From IMG/VR virus record IMGVR_UViG_3300027884_000001: a DNA stretch of 64,000 bases; one strand, given 5' to 3'. Positions 49,979 to 62,177 of this stretch are shown here, piece after piece; position 1 is the first letter of the stretch, and each line of letters opens with the position of its first letter. The translations under genes and the position numbers were made by a program. The notes below the pieces were generated by a model that ran no database searches, was not told where the DNA came from, and saw nothing but the letters and a program-made list of their open reading frames with translations. Source of the DNA: an uncultured virus (IMG/VR IMGVR_UViG_3300027884_000001). Lineage: Duplodnaviria > Heunggongvirae > Uroviricota > Caudoviricetes.

Positions 49979-51440
49979 AGTTCACGAGCGACCCACGCTG
50001 TCCGGTCCACCGGAACTACGAGGTCTACTTGCAGTGGCCGCAGTTCCTGCGCGGTCCGGCTGTTTGGGTCTGCTCGATCTGTCGTCGTCCGTTGGGGGCC
50101 GCGACCGTGCACGGCGCGGACAGTTTCCAGCTTCGATGGCCTCCGGGTCGCATGCCGAGCATCGAAGATCGAGCGATCCGCATGTGGGACTGGCAGTGGT
50201 CGCCACCTGGAAGCGAAAGCGATTCTGAGATCGGAGAGACAGAATGAAGAAAGTGAAGTTCGTTCAGCTGGTGACGGGGTCTATGGTGGGAAGCGCCGCT
50301 TTCGCTGCCGCCAGCCAGTATTCGTCGTGGACGATCTTATACGCGCTGGCCGACGACGGGACGGTCTGGATGTGGATAGGTACTGGCGGTGTGGGCTGGG
50401 CGCAGTACGGACCCAACCCAGAGAGCGTCGAGAAGTGGCCGGCGTCAAATAGATTGCGCGCGAGGAGAAAACGATGTGCAACGAGCGTAACGAGAGGCTG
50501 GCACGCGCACTGTTCAAGGCGTTCGATGCGCACGTGGTCGTGCCGCCCGGACTGGAGTCGCGGCTACTCACCTACATGCGACTCGTCGTTCGGGAAATCG
50601 ATGACGACCATCCGGAGCTGGTGAGAAAACCCGATCCGCAGTCACCCTAGATTGCGCGCGAGGCGAGGAGTGAGCCGTTTTCAGCCCTTCCAAGAATCGA
50701 CCATGACGCACTTGACGTGCGGCTACACTGCGGCTACACTTTACACCATGAAGATCGTTATCCTCACCGACTCGACAGGCAAGTGCGTGGGCGCCTCGAT
50801 GGTCAACGGCGACGAGAGGGCCCTCAAGAGCATTGAGAGCCTGCTGGGCGCCGGCTTGGCCGACCTTCGGTGCCAGGTCATCGAGGCCGACTCGCTCGCG
50901 GACCTTGGCCGGTTCGTCGCTTCCGAGGTCAAGGAGGCCGCCGACGAGGCGGCGGCAGAGTCGTGAGCCAGCTCGCCTACATGACCAAGCGCGGCGCGGG
51001 CGTCGTCAAGATGGGGCTCGCGCGCGACCTTGGTCCCGAACTGGAGAACATTCGTACGTCGGCCACCTTGCGTAGCGAGCACGGGGCAGTCATCGGCAGC
51101 ACGCGGGAGTGTGACGGCGCGTGCGATGGTGACTGCGGGGGCTGGCACTGGTGGTACGACGCGGACGGCGACGACGAGGTGCCTGAACCCGAAGAAGCGG
51201 AGAACGAGTCGTGAGCGCGCGCAAGAAGACCGCGAAGCCTGTTCTGGACGAGTGCCAGGAGTGCAACGGTTCCGGCCAATGCCAGCAACTCTGCGAGGCG
51301 TGTCGCGTCCCTCTCACGGAAGCGAACTGGCGCTCGAAGAATGAGGCGTACGTCTGCAACGCCTGCACGAAGGTCGAGAACGCGGCCCACCCGACCGGCG
51401 GCTACTCTCACATGGGGTGCAAGTGCGCGGGGTGCGCGGC

Positions 51441-51617
51441 ATGACCCGCAAGCGCCCCCTGGTCCACCTGAGCATGAGCACGGACGCCATCGCTCGGCTC
51501 AAGGAGATGGCGACGCGTTGCGGCGAGAGCAGTAGCGCGGTGGTCGAGAGACTCGTCAGAGAGGCCGAGATGCCTCGCCCGAAGACGGCAGCAACCGCCG
51601 ATCGTCGGGGACCCTAG
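51441..51617 (+). CDS. CopG-like ribbon-helix-helix protein
   Basis: 'VHLSMS.DAIARLKEMA..CGESSSAVVERLV'. Confidence 0.65.
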   Translation: MTRKRPLVHLSMSTDAIARLKEMATRCGESSSAVVERLVREAEMPRPKTAATADRRGP

Positions 51618-53480
51618 ATTGCGCGCGACCATGGCGCGGCGAAACGAAAGGACGTGAGACGTGGACACCCGTGACTTTTTGCTCTCCAAAGACCAGATCC
51701 GCGCGAAGTATCCGGTCGGGTCGCCGGACTACCCGACCCATCACGCAACGTGCGGATGCTCGGGCTGCTATGCGTCCTGGCAGGAGTGGCGCGGTGGGCA
51801 TACGGCGGTGGTCGCGTTCCGCGCACACTTGCAGGGCGTGGCCGGCAAGGCCATCGCTCACCGCAGGAGAGCAGAGACCGACGGAGCTGCGTGCATCGCG
51901 TACGAGTTCGTCGCCCATCAGTACCTCGACGAGCTGCTGGCGGAGATCGTCGGCGAAGGTACGGGCGAGGCGCCGTTCGCATCGCGAGAAGTGACCAAGC
52001 AGAGCGCGTAGCGTGCGCGCAACAGAAGGAAGGTCGAGAGCGATGAGCCCTATCGTATGGCGCGAGGTGACTCGGAACTGCCACGTCGGCAAGTTGGATG
52101 ATTGTCCTGTCGTCACTGTCGAGAGGTCGCAGAAGAACAGGCCTGACGGCACGAAGCACGATTGGCAGATCGTCGTCATCGGTGACCGTTACTCGTGGAC
52201 GGACGTGTTCGCTCAGCACGATCCGAGCGATCTGGACTCCACCAAGCTTGCCGCAGAGGCACGCACCAAGTGGGCGATCGAGACGCTGTACATGGCGGTG
52301 AGGCGGCGACCGCTGGACCCCCGCCGCCATACGCGTGCCAAGGAGAGACGACGTGAAGCCTAGACCAACGATGCCAGGCAAGACGCGACCGAAATCTGAG
52401 TTGCTCACGTGGCTGCGTGGGCAGTACGCATCGCACGAAAAGGGCCGCAAAGCGGCAGCTCGCGAAAAGAGGTACAACGACGCGGTCGAGCATCAGGCCA
52501 TGGCGTCGGCCTACGCCTTCACGATCCTGCACGTCGAGCGTGAGGCGGCGCGATGAGTAGCGACCGATACATGGTGTGCAAGCCTTGCCTGAGGCAGTTC
52601 TTCAGCGGCTGGGAGAAGTCGTGCTCGCACGGATGGGACATCATGACCAACAAGCCGCGTGAAGGAACGTGCGCCAAGTGCGGCCAGCACGCCACGACAC
52701 TTCACTGTCCTGACGGCTCAGAGCTGCCACCGCGACGACCGCTCGGCAACCCACTGACGCTCGCGGACCGCGTACGTGTGGTCGCCGCGATGCTGCCGAC
52801 GATGCAGGACGACATCTATGCGGGTCGTTACAGCGAGCCAGGTCGCCCGAACGTCACCACGATCCAGCACGTACTCTTCGAATCATCGGAAGATCTTGAC
52901 TCGTCCCGCGAGGAGATGGACAAGATCCTCGACGAGAACCGCGGAATCGACGCCGAAGTCTGTAGGGCCCTCTGGCCGGAAGAAACGAAGTCGTGAGCTG
53001 CAAGTGGTGCGGTCGCGAAGACTGCGTGCTGCCGAACCTCAAGTCGCTGACGTTCAGGTGCGTGGATCTGACGCGCGTGCAGCAAGAGGAACGCGACGGC
53101 ATTGTCGATTGGCTTCGTTACCTCAGTACGGCCAACAAGGATCCGGCGGCGCGTCGGGAACTTGACCGCGTGCTGCGTCTGGCGCCGAGTACGGTCGACG
53201 CGCTACGTGTGGCGATCGAAGCCAACGACATGCGGGTGGATTGATGGGAACGCGACCGACGCGAGCGTACACATGTCTGGAAGACCGAAGCGTCTTCGTC
53301 GGCTCGGGACTGCACGGCCTGTGGATCAAAACGCACATCTGCGTCATCTTGGTCGGCTGCTCGTACTGCGGCGCGAAGAAGGGTGAATGCTGCAAGGGTC
53401 GACGCGGCTACCCGCACGGCCAGACGCACGTCAAGCGTCGAGAGGCAGCGGCGACGGCTGTGAGGAAGGACAGATGAGCG

Positions 53481-53888
53481 ATGTGCACGTGCAGCTCTGA
53501 CTACGGCAGCTCCGAGTTCTACGACGTCAGCTACCCGAAGGCGCGCAAAGAGTACCGCTGCTACGAGTGCCGGACGATCATCCCGCCGGGGACCTTGTAC
53601 GCGCGTCACGCCCAGAAGTGGGAAGGTGAGGTGCACACGACGAAGTTCTGCGTGGACTGCGACGCGTGGAGCAAGGCGTTGATGACGGCACAGCAGATCG
53701 CGTGCGGCTGCAGCGGCTGGAGTCTTGGAGAACTCTGGGGAGAGATCGCTGAGTTCACGGAACAGCACATCGGCTACGATCCGGTCACCGGCGAGAAGCG
53801 GCAGACCGAGAAGGAGTACCGCGAGCAGCAGGAGGCGACGCGCAGGCGTCTCGGGCTGCGTGTACAGAGCGCGAGCTACCCGCGATGA
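53481..53888 (+). CDS. Zinc-ribbon hypothetical protein
   Basis: 'KARKEYRCYEC...I.PG..Y...KFC.DC'. Confidence 0.6.
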   Translation: MCTCSSDYGSSEFYDVSYPKARKEYRCYECRTIIPPGTLYARHAQKWEGEVHTTKFCVDCDAWSKALMTAQQIACGCSGWSLGELWGEIAEFTEQHIGYDPVTGEKRQTEKEYREQQEATRRRLGLRVQSASYPR

Positions 53889-54478
53889 AGCCGATCCTTG
53901 CCGATCTCGGTCTCGTCACGCAGGGCGACGAATATGCGTTCGCTGTGACGTCTCCGGACGATCGCTACCGCTACGTGCTCGGTCGCCAGTGGAGCGACGC
54001 GCGGGCGTTGTGGTGCGTGTGCGGCATCAACCCGAGCAAAGCGCGTCACAACATCGACGACCACACGGTCACGAAGATCATCGGCTTCGCCAAGCGAAAC
54101 GGCGCGGGAGGCTTCGTCTTGGTCAATGCGCTCGCGTACTCGGAAACGGACCAGGACGAGGTCGTGCGAGCGCATCGAAACGGTGTGGATGTCCGCGGCG
54201 AGCACAATAGCGCCGTCATGTGTTGGGCGACTTTCGGTCGCGCCATCGCCGCGTGGGGCAAGGTGCCGCCGAAGTTGCGGTCGATCGCTCAGCGTGGCAT
54301 CGGCGAGTTCTGCGTCGGCAAGGTCGAATGCTTCGGCGTCAACAGCGACGAGTCTCCTCGGCATCCGCTCATGCTCGGCTACAGCACACCCATCGTGCCG
54401 CTCGTCGACGCTCGCGACGCTCTGCGAGCCGGATTCAAGAACGGTCTGCGCCCGCTATCGACAGCGCCGCCACCGTGA
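53885..54478 (+). CDS. DUF1643 family protein
   Basis: 'S.D.RYRY.L.R.W...GINPS.A....DD.T...AWG...PRHPL'. Confidence 0.8.
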   Translation: MKPILADLGLVTQGDEYAFAVTSPDDRYRYVLGRQWSDARALWCVCGINPSKARHNIDDHTVTKIIGFAKRNGAGGFVLVNALAYSETDQDEVVRAHRNGVDVRGEHNSAVMCWATFGRAIAAWGKVPPKLRSIAQRGIGEFCVGKVECFGVNSDESPRHPLMLGYSTPIVPLVDARDALRAGFKNGLRPLSTAPPP

Positions 54479-54807
54479 TCTACGTTCCGCGCTCCCACCA
54501 GCGCGAGGTTGCCATGGCCAGCACGATCACCGTCCCCGAAGGTTTCTTTGCCGTCGTCGTGTTCGTTCCAAAGTCCGAGACGGGCGAAGCGAAGCTCGAG
54601 TTCTTGGGTCACGAGGAAGGGATGGAAGCAGCAATCGCTGCCGACGCGATCCCTGTCCTCGTGGATTTCATGTCCGACGAGATCGAGTCGCTCAACGACG
54701 AACTTGCAGAGACCTCGGACAACGATGCGGAAGAGACAGAGGACCCCGAAAAGCCGTCCTGAGCGCGGCTAACAAGTTGTTTGACGCTGCGCTGAACATG
54801 TGCCACA

Positions 54808-54993
54808 TTGGCGATCGTGCCGCGCAACGATAGGTTCCACGTGCTGCTGTCTGCGGACGAGCGTTCCATGCTCGATCAGCTGTCCGACAGAGACGGAGTC
54901 AAAGGGGCCGCCGTGTTTCGGCGGCTTCTGCGTGAGGCGTTCAAGGCGTCCGGTCTGACGCTGCCGAAGACGTCGACGAAGAAGCGCTCGTGA
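54808..54993 (+). CDS. Ribbon-helix-helix protein
   Basis: 'RFHVLLS.DERSMLDQLS..DGV..AAVFRRLL'. Confidence 0.6.
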   Translation: MAIVPRNDRFHVLLSADERSMLDQLSDRDGVKGAAVFRRLLREAFKASGLTLPKTSTKKRS

Positions 54994-55587
54994 GTGCGTT
55001 GATTTCGACGGAACAGAAGGTCGCCATCGGCGCGAGCACGATAGGTATAGGCGCCGGTCTGCTTGGAGCGTTCGCGCTCTTGTCCGGCTACGCATGGCGG
55101 AAGAAGGACGGAACCAAGATGACGATCCTGGAGAGAACGTTCGCGTCGCTCGTGACACAGCTCATCGAACACATCGAGAAGCTCGAGACGGAAGCCGAAG
55201 AGCTTCGCAAGCGGCCGACCAAGGCGTCGTTCGACTCGCTGGCCGGCGACAACAACCAGTACGTCAGGGAGATTGCCGCGTTGCGAGAGAAGATCCTCGG
55301 TCGCGACAAGCAGATCGAGACGCTCGAGAAGCTCGTGAACGTGTACAGCAAGAAGAGGCCTCGCGCGTGAAGATCGAGACTCACAGCTGCAACGGTCAAG
55401 GCGTACCTGACGGCGTCACGCGTGAGCGAGTGCGCCTGCAGATGCGCGCTGTGTGTGACGGAGCGCACGAGAGGATCTCGATGACCGACTTCGCTCATTA
55501 CTTCGGCGCCTTCACGCTCGCGCTGGCCGCCCTTGGTGTCGTGGCCGCGTTCGTCGAGCGCGCTCACGACAAGCGACAGAGGAAGTA

Positions 55588-56103
55588 ATGAGCAACGTCC
55601 GTGTCTGGCGCTACCACCTGCCGAGCATCAAGGGCGAGGGCTGGGTCATCGCGTTCCTGGACTCGATCGGCTGCATGAGTGTTTTGTCCGACTGGGGCGA
55701 CTACGGGTACAGGTGGCCCGAGGCGGGCTGGGGACCCGGCGACTTCCGGCAGTTCTTCGTGCAGTGCCACGACGACTACGTACTGCACAAGATCGCGCGT
55801 CGCGACACGTACCATTCGGACCGCACGCTTCGAAACGTCAAGAATCACATCTTGTCGCATCGTCGCGACCTATGTTGGTCGCGACGATGGGCGCGCGACG
55901 AGTGGGATCTGTTGGCGCGTCACTCGAACCTCTACAGTCGCGAAGACTTCGCCTTCTGGTACCAGGACACCAAGATCGAGGACGTGGGCGAGCTTTCCGT
56001 GTACGACGTGTCCGATCAGGCCCGCGGGTTCATCGAGCACGCGATGCCGCGGCTGCGTGAAGCCATCAAAGCGGAGCTGGCCGCGGAAGGTCTGGCCGCG
56101 TGA
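55588..56103 (+). CDS. Conserved hypothetical phage protein
   Basis: 'SDWG.Y.Y.W.......F..F.......Y...K'. Confidence 0.55.
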   Translation: MSNVRVWRYHLPSIKGEGWVIAFLDSIGCMSVLSDWGDYGYRWPEAGWGPGDFRQFFVQCHDDYVLHKIARRDTYHSDRTLRNVKNHILSHRRDLCWSRRWARDEWDLLARHSNLYSREDFAFWYQDTKIEDVGELSVYDVSDQARGFIEHAMPRLREAIKAELAAEGLAA

Positions 56104-56627
56104 TGAGCGGCCACTTGAAGGTCAAGCCGAGCCCCCGTTGGGTAGGCACCGAAGTCGACGCGGTCGCCAATCCAGGCCGGCATCAGCGCGACGATCGTGG
56201 ACGTCGCGTCTGGCGCGTTCGGATCAAGAAGAAGAAGTCATGAGCAAGTGCCGCTTCTTCATCGGCATCCAGCACGAACTGTGCGAGGCCGGCGTCAAGA
56301 TGTCCGAGATGCGCGACGTCTCGCAGCCCGGCATGGCGCGCTGGCCGTGCGTGACGTTCGATCCGGACAAGGCGGCGACCATCGTGTGCCCGAAGCGCGT
56401 GCTCATGACCAAGGAAGAGCACGAGGCCGAGGTTGCGATGCTGTACGCGGCCGCAGACAGGTTCGCTACCGCGGTCGCCGCCGGGAAGTGTCCACACTGC
56501 GGCGCCGACATCGAGCCATCGAAGATCGTGGGCCACTGCCAGTACGCCGCGTGCGGTCATCGTGTTGGGCAGGTTGATGATGGAACGGAGGAGCCGTGAG
56601 CGGCGAAGAGAAACTGAGGAGCAAGAC

Positions 56628-57056
56628 ATGACGATGCCGATCCCGTTCGTACAAGGCAGCGATACCAGCGAAGAGGCTGCGCAGAGCAAGCAGCCGACTG
56701 CGTCGAGTGATGAAGGTAAGGTCCTCGGGCTGCTGTGGAAGTATGGAACGTCTGGAGCGACCGACGACGAGATCGAGATCGCGCTCAACATGCGTCACCA
56801 GAACGCCAGCGCGCGGCGCAACACGCTCGTGCGAAAGGGTCTCGTCTGCAACAGCGGTCAGACGCGCAAGACGCGCAGCGGACGTAGGGCGGCCGTCTGG
56901 GTGGTGGGTTCCGGAGGCAACCCGCTCCTCGGTGCGTCCAACGACAGAGCGAAGAGACCGAACCGAACCGAGATGCGCGCGGCGGCGGACCTGCTCGAGA
57001 CGCAGCCTGGCATGGCCACGGTGGTCGTGTGGCTGCGGTGGCTGGCGAGGCACTGA
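56628..57056 (+). CDS. Winged-helix DNA-binding protein
   Basis: 'GATDDEI...L....QNASARR..LV..GLV..SG..R.TRSGR.A.VW'; GAGGAG RBS. Confidence 0.7.
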   Translation: MTMPIPFVQGSDTSEEAAQSKQPTASSDEGKVLGLLWKYGTSGATDDEIEIALNMRHQNASARRNTLVRKGLVCNSGQTRKTRSGRRAAVWVVGSGGNPLLGASNDRAKRPNRTEMRAAADLLETQPGMATVVVWLRWLARH

Positions 57057-57057
57057 G

Positions 57058-58023
57058 ATGTCGCTGTCACCCGAACAGGTTGCGATGCGGCGCACGGGGC
57101 TCACAGCCTCGGACATCGTCGTCTTGTCCGGAACGGTGCCGTTCAAGAAAACGAAGACGGTCTACGACGTCTTTCTCGACAAGGTCCATCCCGACAAGGT
57201 CGCGCCGACCGAGGTGACCGAAGCGATGGAGCTTGGCCACGAGGTCGAGCCAGCGATCGTTGCGCATGTCGCGCGCAAGAAGAACCTCTGCGTCGTCTAC
57301 CCGCACACTACGGTCCGCCACAAGGAGATCGAGTGGGCGCTGGCGACGCCGGACGCTCTCATCGCCACCAGCACCGATCGTGTCGGCATCCAGCAGTCAA
57401 CGAATACCATCCTTCAAGAGCAGGCGGTGCTGTCTGGACTGGTCGAAGCCAAGCTCGTGGGACTGCACGTCGCGGATTGCTGGGGTGAGACCGAGGACGT
57501 TGAGCACGGGCCCCCCGACTACGTCTACACGCAGGTCGTCTGGCAGCTGTTCGTGACGGGATACCGCTACTGCATCGTCGCCGCGATGATCGGCACCGAG
57601 TTTCGGATGTACCACGTCAACTTCGACGCTTCGGCGCAGGAGTACGCCGCGGCACTGGTCGATGTCGGCGAGAAGTTTCTGGTCGATCACGTTCGGCCGC
57701 AGCGTCCGCCGCCTGTCGATGGCAGCCAATCGTCTCGCGAGATGCTCGCAACGCTCTTCCGCAAGAGCAGCGGCGTCACGCTCAAGGCCGACCAGAGCGA
57801 CGAGGAAGCTGCGCGCGCGTACTTCAAGGGCAAGAAGGTGCGCGACGATGGTCAGTGGTTGATGGATGGCGCGAAGACTGCGCTGATGGCGAAGATACAA
57901 GACAACTACGGCCTGCGCGGCGATGGTTGGACCGCTACGTGGGGCGAGCAGAAGGGCTACCACGTCGAAGCGTACGATGTGGCGGCGATGCGGAAGTTCA
58001 GTCTGAGACCGAGGAAGCGATGA
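57058..58023 (+). CDS. YqaJ-like viral recombination exonuclease
   Basis: 'RR.G..ASD', 'G..VE', 'ATPD', 'VEAK', 'P.Y..QV.WQ'. Confidence 0.85.
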   Translation: MSLSPEQVAMRRTGLTASDIVVLSGTVPFKKTKTVYDVFLDKVHPDKVAPTEVTEAMELGHEVEPAIVAHVARKKNLCVVYPHTTVRHKEIEWALATPDALIATSTDRVGIQQSTNTILQEQAVLSGLVEAKLVGLHVADCWGETEDVEHGPPDYVYTQVVWQLFVTGYRYCIVAAMIGTEFRMYHVNFDASAQEYAAALVDVGEKFLVDHVRPQRPPPVDGSQSSREMLATLFRKSSGVTLKADQSDEEAARAYFKGKKVRDDGQWLMDGAKTALMAKIQDNYGLRGDGWTATWGEQKGYHVEAYDVAAMRKFSLRPRKR

Positions 58024-60658
58024 CCGAGCCGAAGTTTGATTGGTTCTTGTATCGGCGGCGCGCGTGCATCGTGGGCGTGGTCGCGATTTTTCTGTTGTAT
58101 CTGGTGTATCTGGTGTGGCTCTTTGTGCCGATCAACAGAGGTGCGCCGGTCCCGAACAACATCGACCACGTCTCGGAAGGTCCTGTCGGCGTCTACCACG
58201 ACCACGAGCGCCACGTGACGTGCTGGGTCAACTCCGGCATCTCTTGCATCCCCGACGACCAGCTCGATTGGCGACCGGATGGAGGAACGCAGTGACGAAG
58301 CATCACAAGATGTTGGCGTGGTCCGGATGGGTAGCGTTCGCGCTACTCGCCTTCCTACTACTTCTCGACGTCTTCGCAGAGCGACCGCCGTCGGCCGAGA
58401 CGTGCAGACAGTGCGTGACGGCACATCCGAGCGCGTCAGCTTCGGCAGAGCCGACCTCGACGCAACGCGACTGGCAGTTCACGTACGACACCGACATCTT
58501 CTCGAGCAGCACGAAAGACTGCCTGCCGGCACCCGATAGAAAACCGCCCACGGAGACGCGTGGCGGATGCGTCGTCAGTCCACGCCGCTCGTTCACCGCC
58601 GACGCGTCGTGGATCTGCGGCGACTGGACGGTTGAGAGTTGAGGGAGGTGCACGCGCGAGCGGGCATCGCGCGCGTATCCGCGGATATGCATTACGCGGG
58701 CGCGGCGGGCGACCCTGGGGTGTGTCAGCTCAGCTTCCGAGGGACGGCGGAGGTCGCGAAGTGAATCTTCTCAAGCATCAGGTGCCAGCGTTCTTCAACA
58801 CGTACTTCGAGGGTCGCGACGACGAGCTGGCTGCGATCGACAGCGAGGACAAGCTCAAGGCGCTGGCCAAAGAGCAGCACGACGCGCTCGTGTTCGCAGG
58901 CTTCCGCAACATGCGCGAGATCTCTTGGGAGTGTTTCCTGTGGGTCTGCTCAAAGTGTCCGTTCGCGAAGGGTGAACCGCCGAGGAGAGCGACATGAAGC
59001 TGACAGAAGACCAGAGGCACGACCTCGAGATCATGAAGAAGATGCTCGGTGCGCAGATCAAAATGCTAGACGAGATCGCCGGTCTGACACCGCCCCCAGG
59101 AACCAGCGAGAGTGAACTCCTTCAAGGCTCACTCATGATGGCCGTCGGTGGGATGGAGTTCATCAAGTCGCTGCTGCTGCAGATGGCAACGGAGAGCGTC
59201 CGTGGCCAGACATTGCTGCAACGCATTCAAAACATGATGCCGCCCAAAACAACGCTGCACGCGGTGAAGCCGCCGACGGAGACGCCGTGAAGCTTGAAGA
59301 CTCGCTGGCGAAAGCGCTTCTGAATCTGCATACGCAGAAGCAGGACGAAATAATGAAACTCGAGCCGCAGGCCGGCCTTGAGGCTGTGTGGAACGCGGCC
59401 ACGGGAGCGGTGCTCGTAGAGGTCTTCGTGAACATGCACGGAGCGATGCGGCAGAGCGATAGTTCGTTGACGTTTCAGCAGATCGTCGCGACCGCGATCG
59501 AGGTCGCCGAAGCGACATGGACCAGATTCGAAGACGAGATCAGAAAAAAATAAGGCGGTGCAGTCATGAGGGTCACCGACCATTTCACTGTCAAAGGACG
59601 CGGCATCGTCACCATCATCGATGCTCTTCCGCCGAGCCTGCACGAGGGCATGCACGTGTGGCTCGTCGGGGGTCACGTGAAGTGGAAGGTGGTCGGCATC
59701 GAGATGCACGCGCACGGTCGCGAGCACGCCAACGGACAGCCAGCTGGCTTGCTGTTGCAAGGCGAGTCGCCGCTGCCTGGCGTGGACGATCAGCTCGTTG
59801 TGGCCGACGAGCCGAAGCGCGAGCTGCACATGTTCGAGAACGGCTGCCCAGAATGGGTCGTAGCCTACGACGAGAAGGACGCGTGCGAGGTCTACTTCCT
59901 GGCGACGGGCGTGCCTGCCGAGGACTACGAGGGTGAGGACGACTGGAGGCAGCTCGATCCGCAAGCCACGAGCAAGTTCTGGCTCGACGACAAGGGCGAC
60001 ATCACCGACACCAGCGGTAAGCTCGTCGAGATGACCAACGCCGAGGCGTGCGAGAAGTTCGGGCACGGATTCTACGCGACGAGCGAGATGTAGCGGCGCT
60101 CATGGTCGCCACGAGCGTGTGCGTCATCTGCGCGATCGTATCGATCTTGTGCACGACTTACCGCGTGAGACGGATCGACAGGTTGATTACGGTTTCGAAC
60201 GGCGTGCAGCCGCAGCTTCCGTACCGATCTGCCGAAATCACAGCCGAGATCCTTCAGCCGCACGACGGCTCGCCGCTCAAGACGTGTCCCGCGTGCGGCG
60301 CGCAACCGGTGGTGTGCAGTGGTTGCAGCGTAAGTCGCACGGACAGAAACGAAGGGCAGATGCACGCGTGGTTCTGTACGTCGTCGTGCTACCACAACCC
60401 GTCCCGGCCGTTGACCTTCACGCACGCCACGAGTGAAACGAACCTATGTTCGCCTAACAAGCGCCGTCGTGGCTGCATGACACCTGGGATCCACGTTCAT
60501 CAGACGTGCGAGCGGTGCGGCTGGACTGGTGTCGCGCATATTTTCGCTTCTTAGCGTGGATGAACGAGTGCAGGAACGAGAAGACTTGACGTCCGGCCAG
60601 TTACTAACTAAAACAGTTTGCTCAAGCGCAACGGCGTTCGGGAAGAGGGTGGAAGACC

Positions 60659-62116
60659 ATGGGCAATGATAGCCAGCAGATGGTGCCGGCGAACGGTGGC
60701 GGCACGAACATCGCACGCACCGGGTTCGGCGAGACGAGCGTCGAGACCAAGCGCGAGACCGCCGCCACGGCGGTAGCCGCGCAGGCGCAGGCCGAGGTCC
60801 AGGCGCGGTACATCGTCGCCATGCAGCACCCGCGCGACGACGACAACGTGCGGATCCGGCTCCTCAAGGAGTGCTCGAGGCCGGGGTTTGCTCAACGCGC
60901 GTTCTTCAGCGTGCAGCGCGGTAGCAAGCCGGGTCGTCTGACCGGCACGCCGAACCGCATCGAGGGTCTGTCCGTGCGCTTCGCCGAGGCGGCCATCCGC
61001 CACATGGGCAACGCGATGGCGTCCACACGGTCGGTCTACGATGACGCCGAGAAGCGCATCGTCAACGTCACGGTGGTCGACCTCGAGACGAACTCCGTTC
61101 ACTCCAAGGACATCGTCGTCGGCAAGACGGTCGAGCGTCGCAAGCTCGGTCAGGGTCAGCTCGCGCTCAAGACGCGCACCAACACGTTCGGCGACACGGT
61201 CTACATCGTCGAGTCGACCGACGATGAGCTTCTGCAGAAGGAGAACGCGCTCGTCAGCAAGACGCTGCGTACCGAAGCGCTGCGGCTTCTGCCCGCGGAC
61301 ACGCTTGAGGAGTGCGAGCAACGTATCGTCGCCACGGTCAAGAACGAGGACGCCAAGGATCCGGACGCGGCGCGTAAGGCGCTCGCCGACGGGTTCGCGT
61401 CGCTCAACATCCTGCCGAGCGACATCAAGAGCTACCTCGGTCACGATCTGGCGCAGTGTTCCCCGGCGCAGTTGACCGATCTGCGAGGGATGTTCGCAGC
61501 GATCCGCGAGGGCGAGACGACCTGGCACGAGATCTTGGCAGCGAAGACCGAGGCGAGCGCCACGCCGTCGAACGAACCAGGCGCAAGCGCTGTGCAGCCC
61601 GCGAACGACGGAGACAAGCCGAAGGGTCGCGGCAGTCGTCTCGCGAGCCAGGTCCGTAAGGACGCGGGCGCGCCGGCTGCAGCGGCTACGCCTGCCGCGT
61701 CCACGACGCCGGCCGCTACGCCGACAACGCCTGCAGCGACTTCCCCAGCGACACCGGTGACCCGCGTCGACCCGCCGCAACCGCAGATCCAGTCGACGCC
61801 GCCCAAGGGCGGTGGGCAGCAGCCGTCCATGTTCAGCGGTCAGCCGACAGGGCCGCTGCAGGAGCCAGTCATTCCGCCGGCCGTCATCCCTCAGAGTATC
61901 GAGGACGAGCGCAAGGCGTGGCTCGCTGAGCAAGCGAGGATGTGTTCCGAGTGGCCCGGCAAAGTTGGCATCCCGGTCACGGTCACGCTCGCCAATGGAC
62001 AGACGAGCGAGAGCTACACCACGTCGATGTCGCGGATGTTCGGCGACATGGCTGTCGTGAACGTCGAAGGTTTCGCCAGCCCGCTGGCTCTCACACAGCT
62101 TCGACGGCTCGATTGA
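60659..62116 (+). CDS. Putative single-strand annealing/recombination protein with long disordered C-terminal linker
   Basis: 'AEVQA....A...PRD', 'IEG.SVRFAEA'; near YqaJ; Pro/Ala/Thr-rich tail. Confidence 0.5.
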   Translation: MGNDSQQMVPANGGGTNIARTGFGETSVETKRETAATAVAAQAQAEVQARYIVAMQHPRDDDNVRIRLLKECSRPGFAQRAFFSVQRGSKPGRLTGTPNRIEGLSVRFAEAAIRHMGNAMASTRSVYDDAEKRIVNVTVVDLETNSVHSKDIVVGKTVERRKLGQGQLALKTRTNTFGDTVYIVESTDDELLQKENALVSKTLRTEALRLLPADTLEECEQRIVATVKNEDAKDPDAARKALADGFASLNILPSDIKSYLGHDLAQCSPAQLTDLRGMFAAIREGETTWHEILAAKTEASATPSNEPGASAVQPANDGDKPKGRGSRLASQVRKDAGAPAAAATPAASTTPAATPTTPAATSPATPVTRVDPPQPQIQSTPPKGGGQQPSMFSGQPTGPLQEPVIPPAVIPQSIEDERKAWLAEQARMCSEWPGKVGIPVTVTLANGQTSESYTTSMSRMFGDMAVVNVEGFASPLALTQLRRLD

Positions 62117-62177
62117 TCACGCAGTACCCAAGCGCAACTGGAAAGCAACCTCAATCTGACACGAGGACACGAGGACA

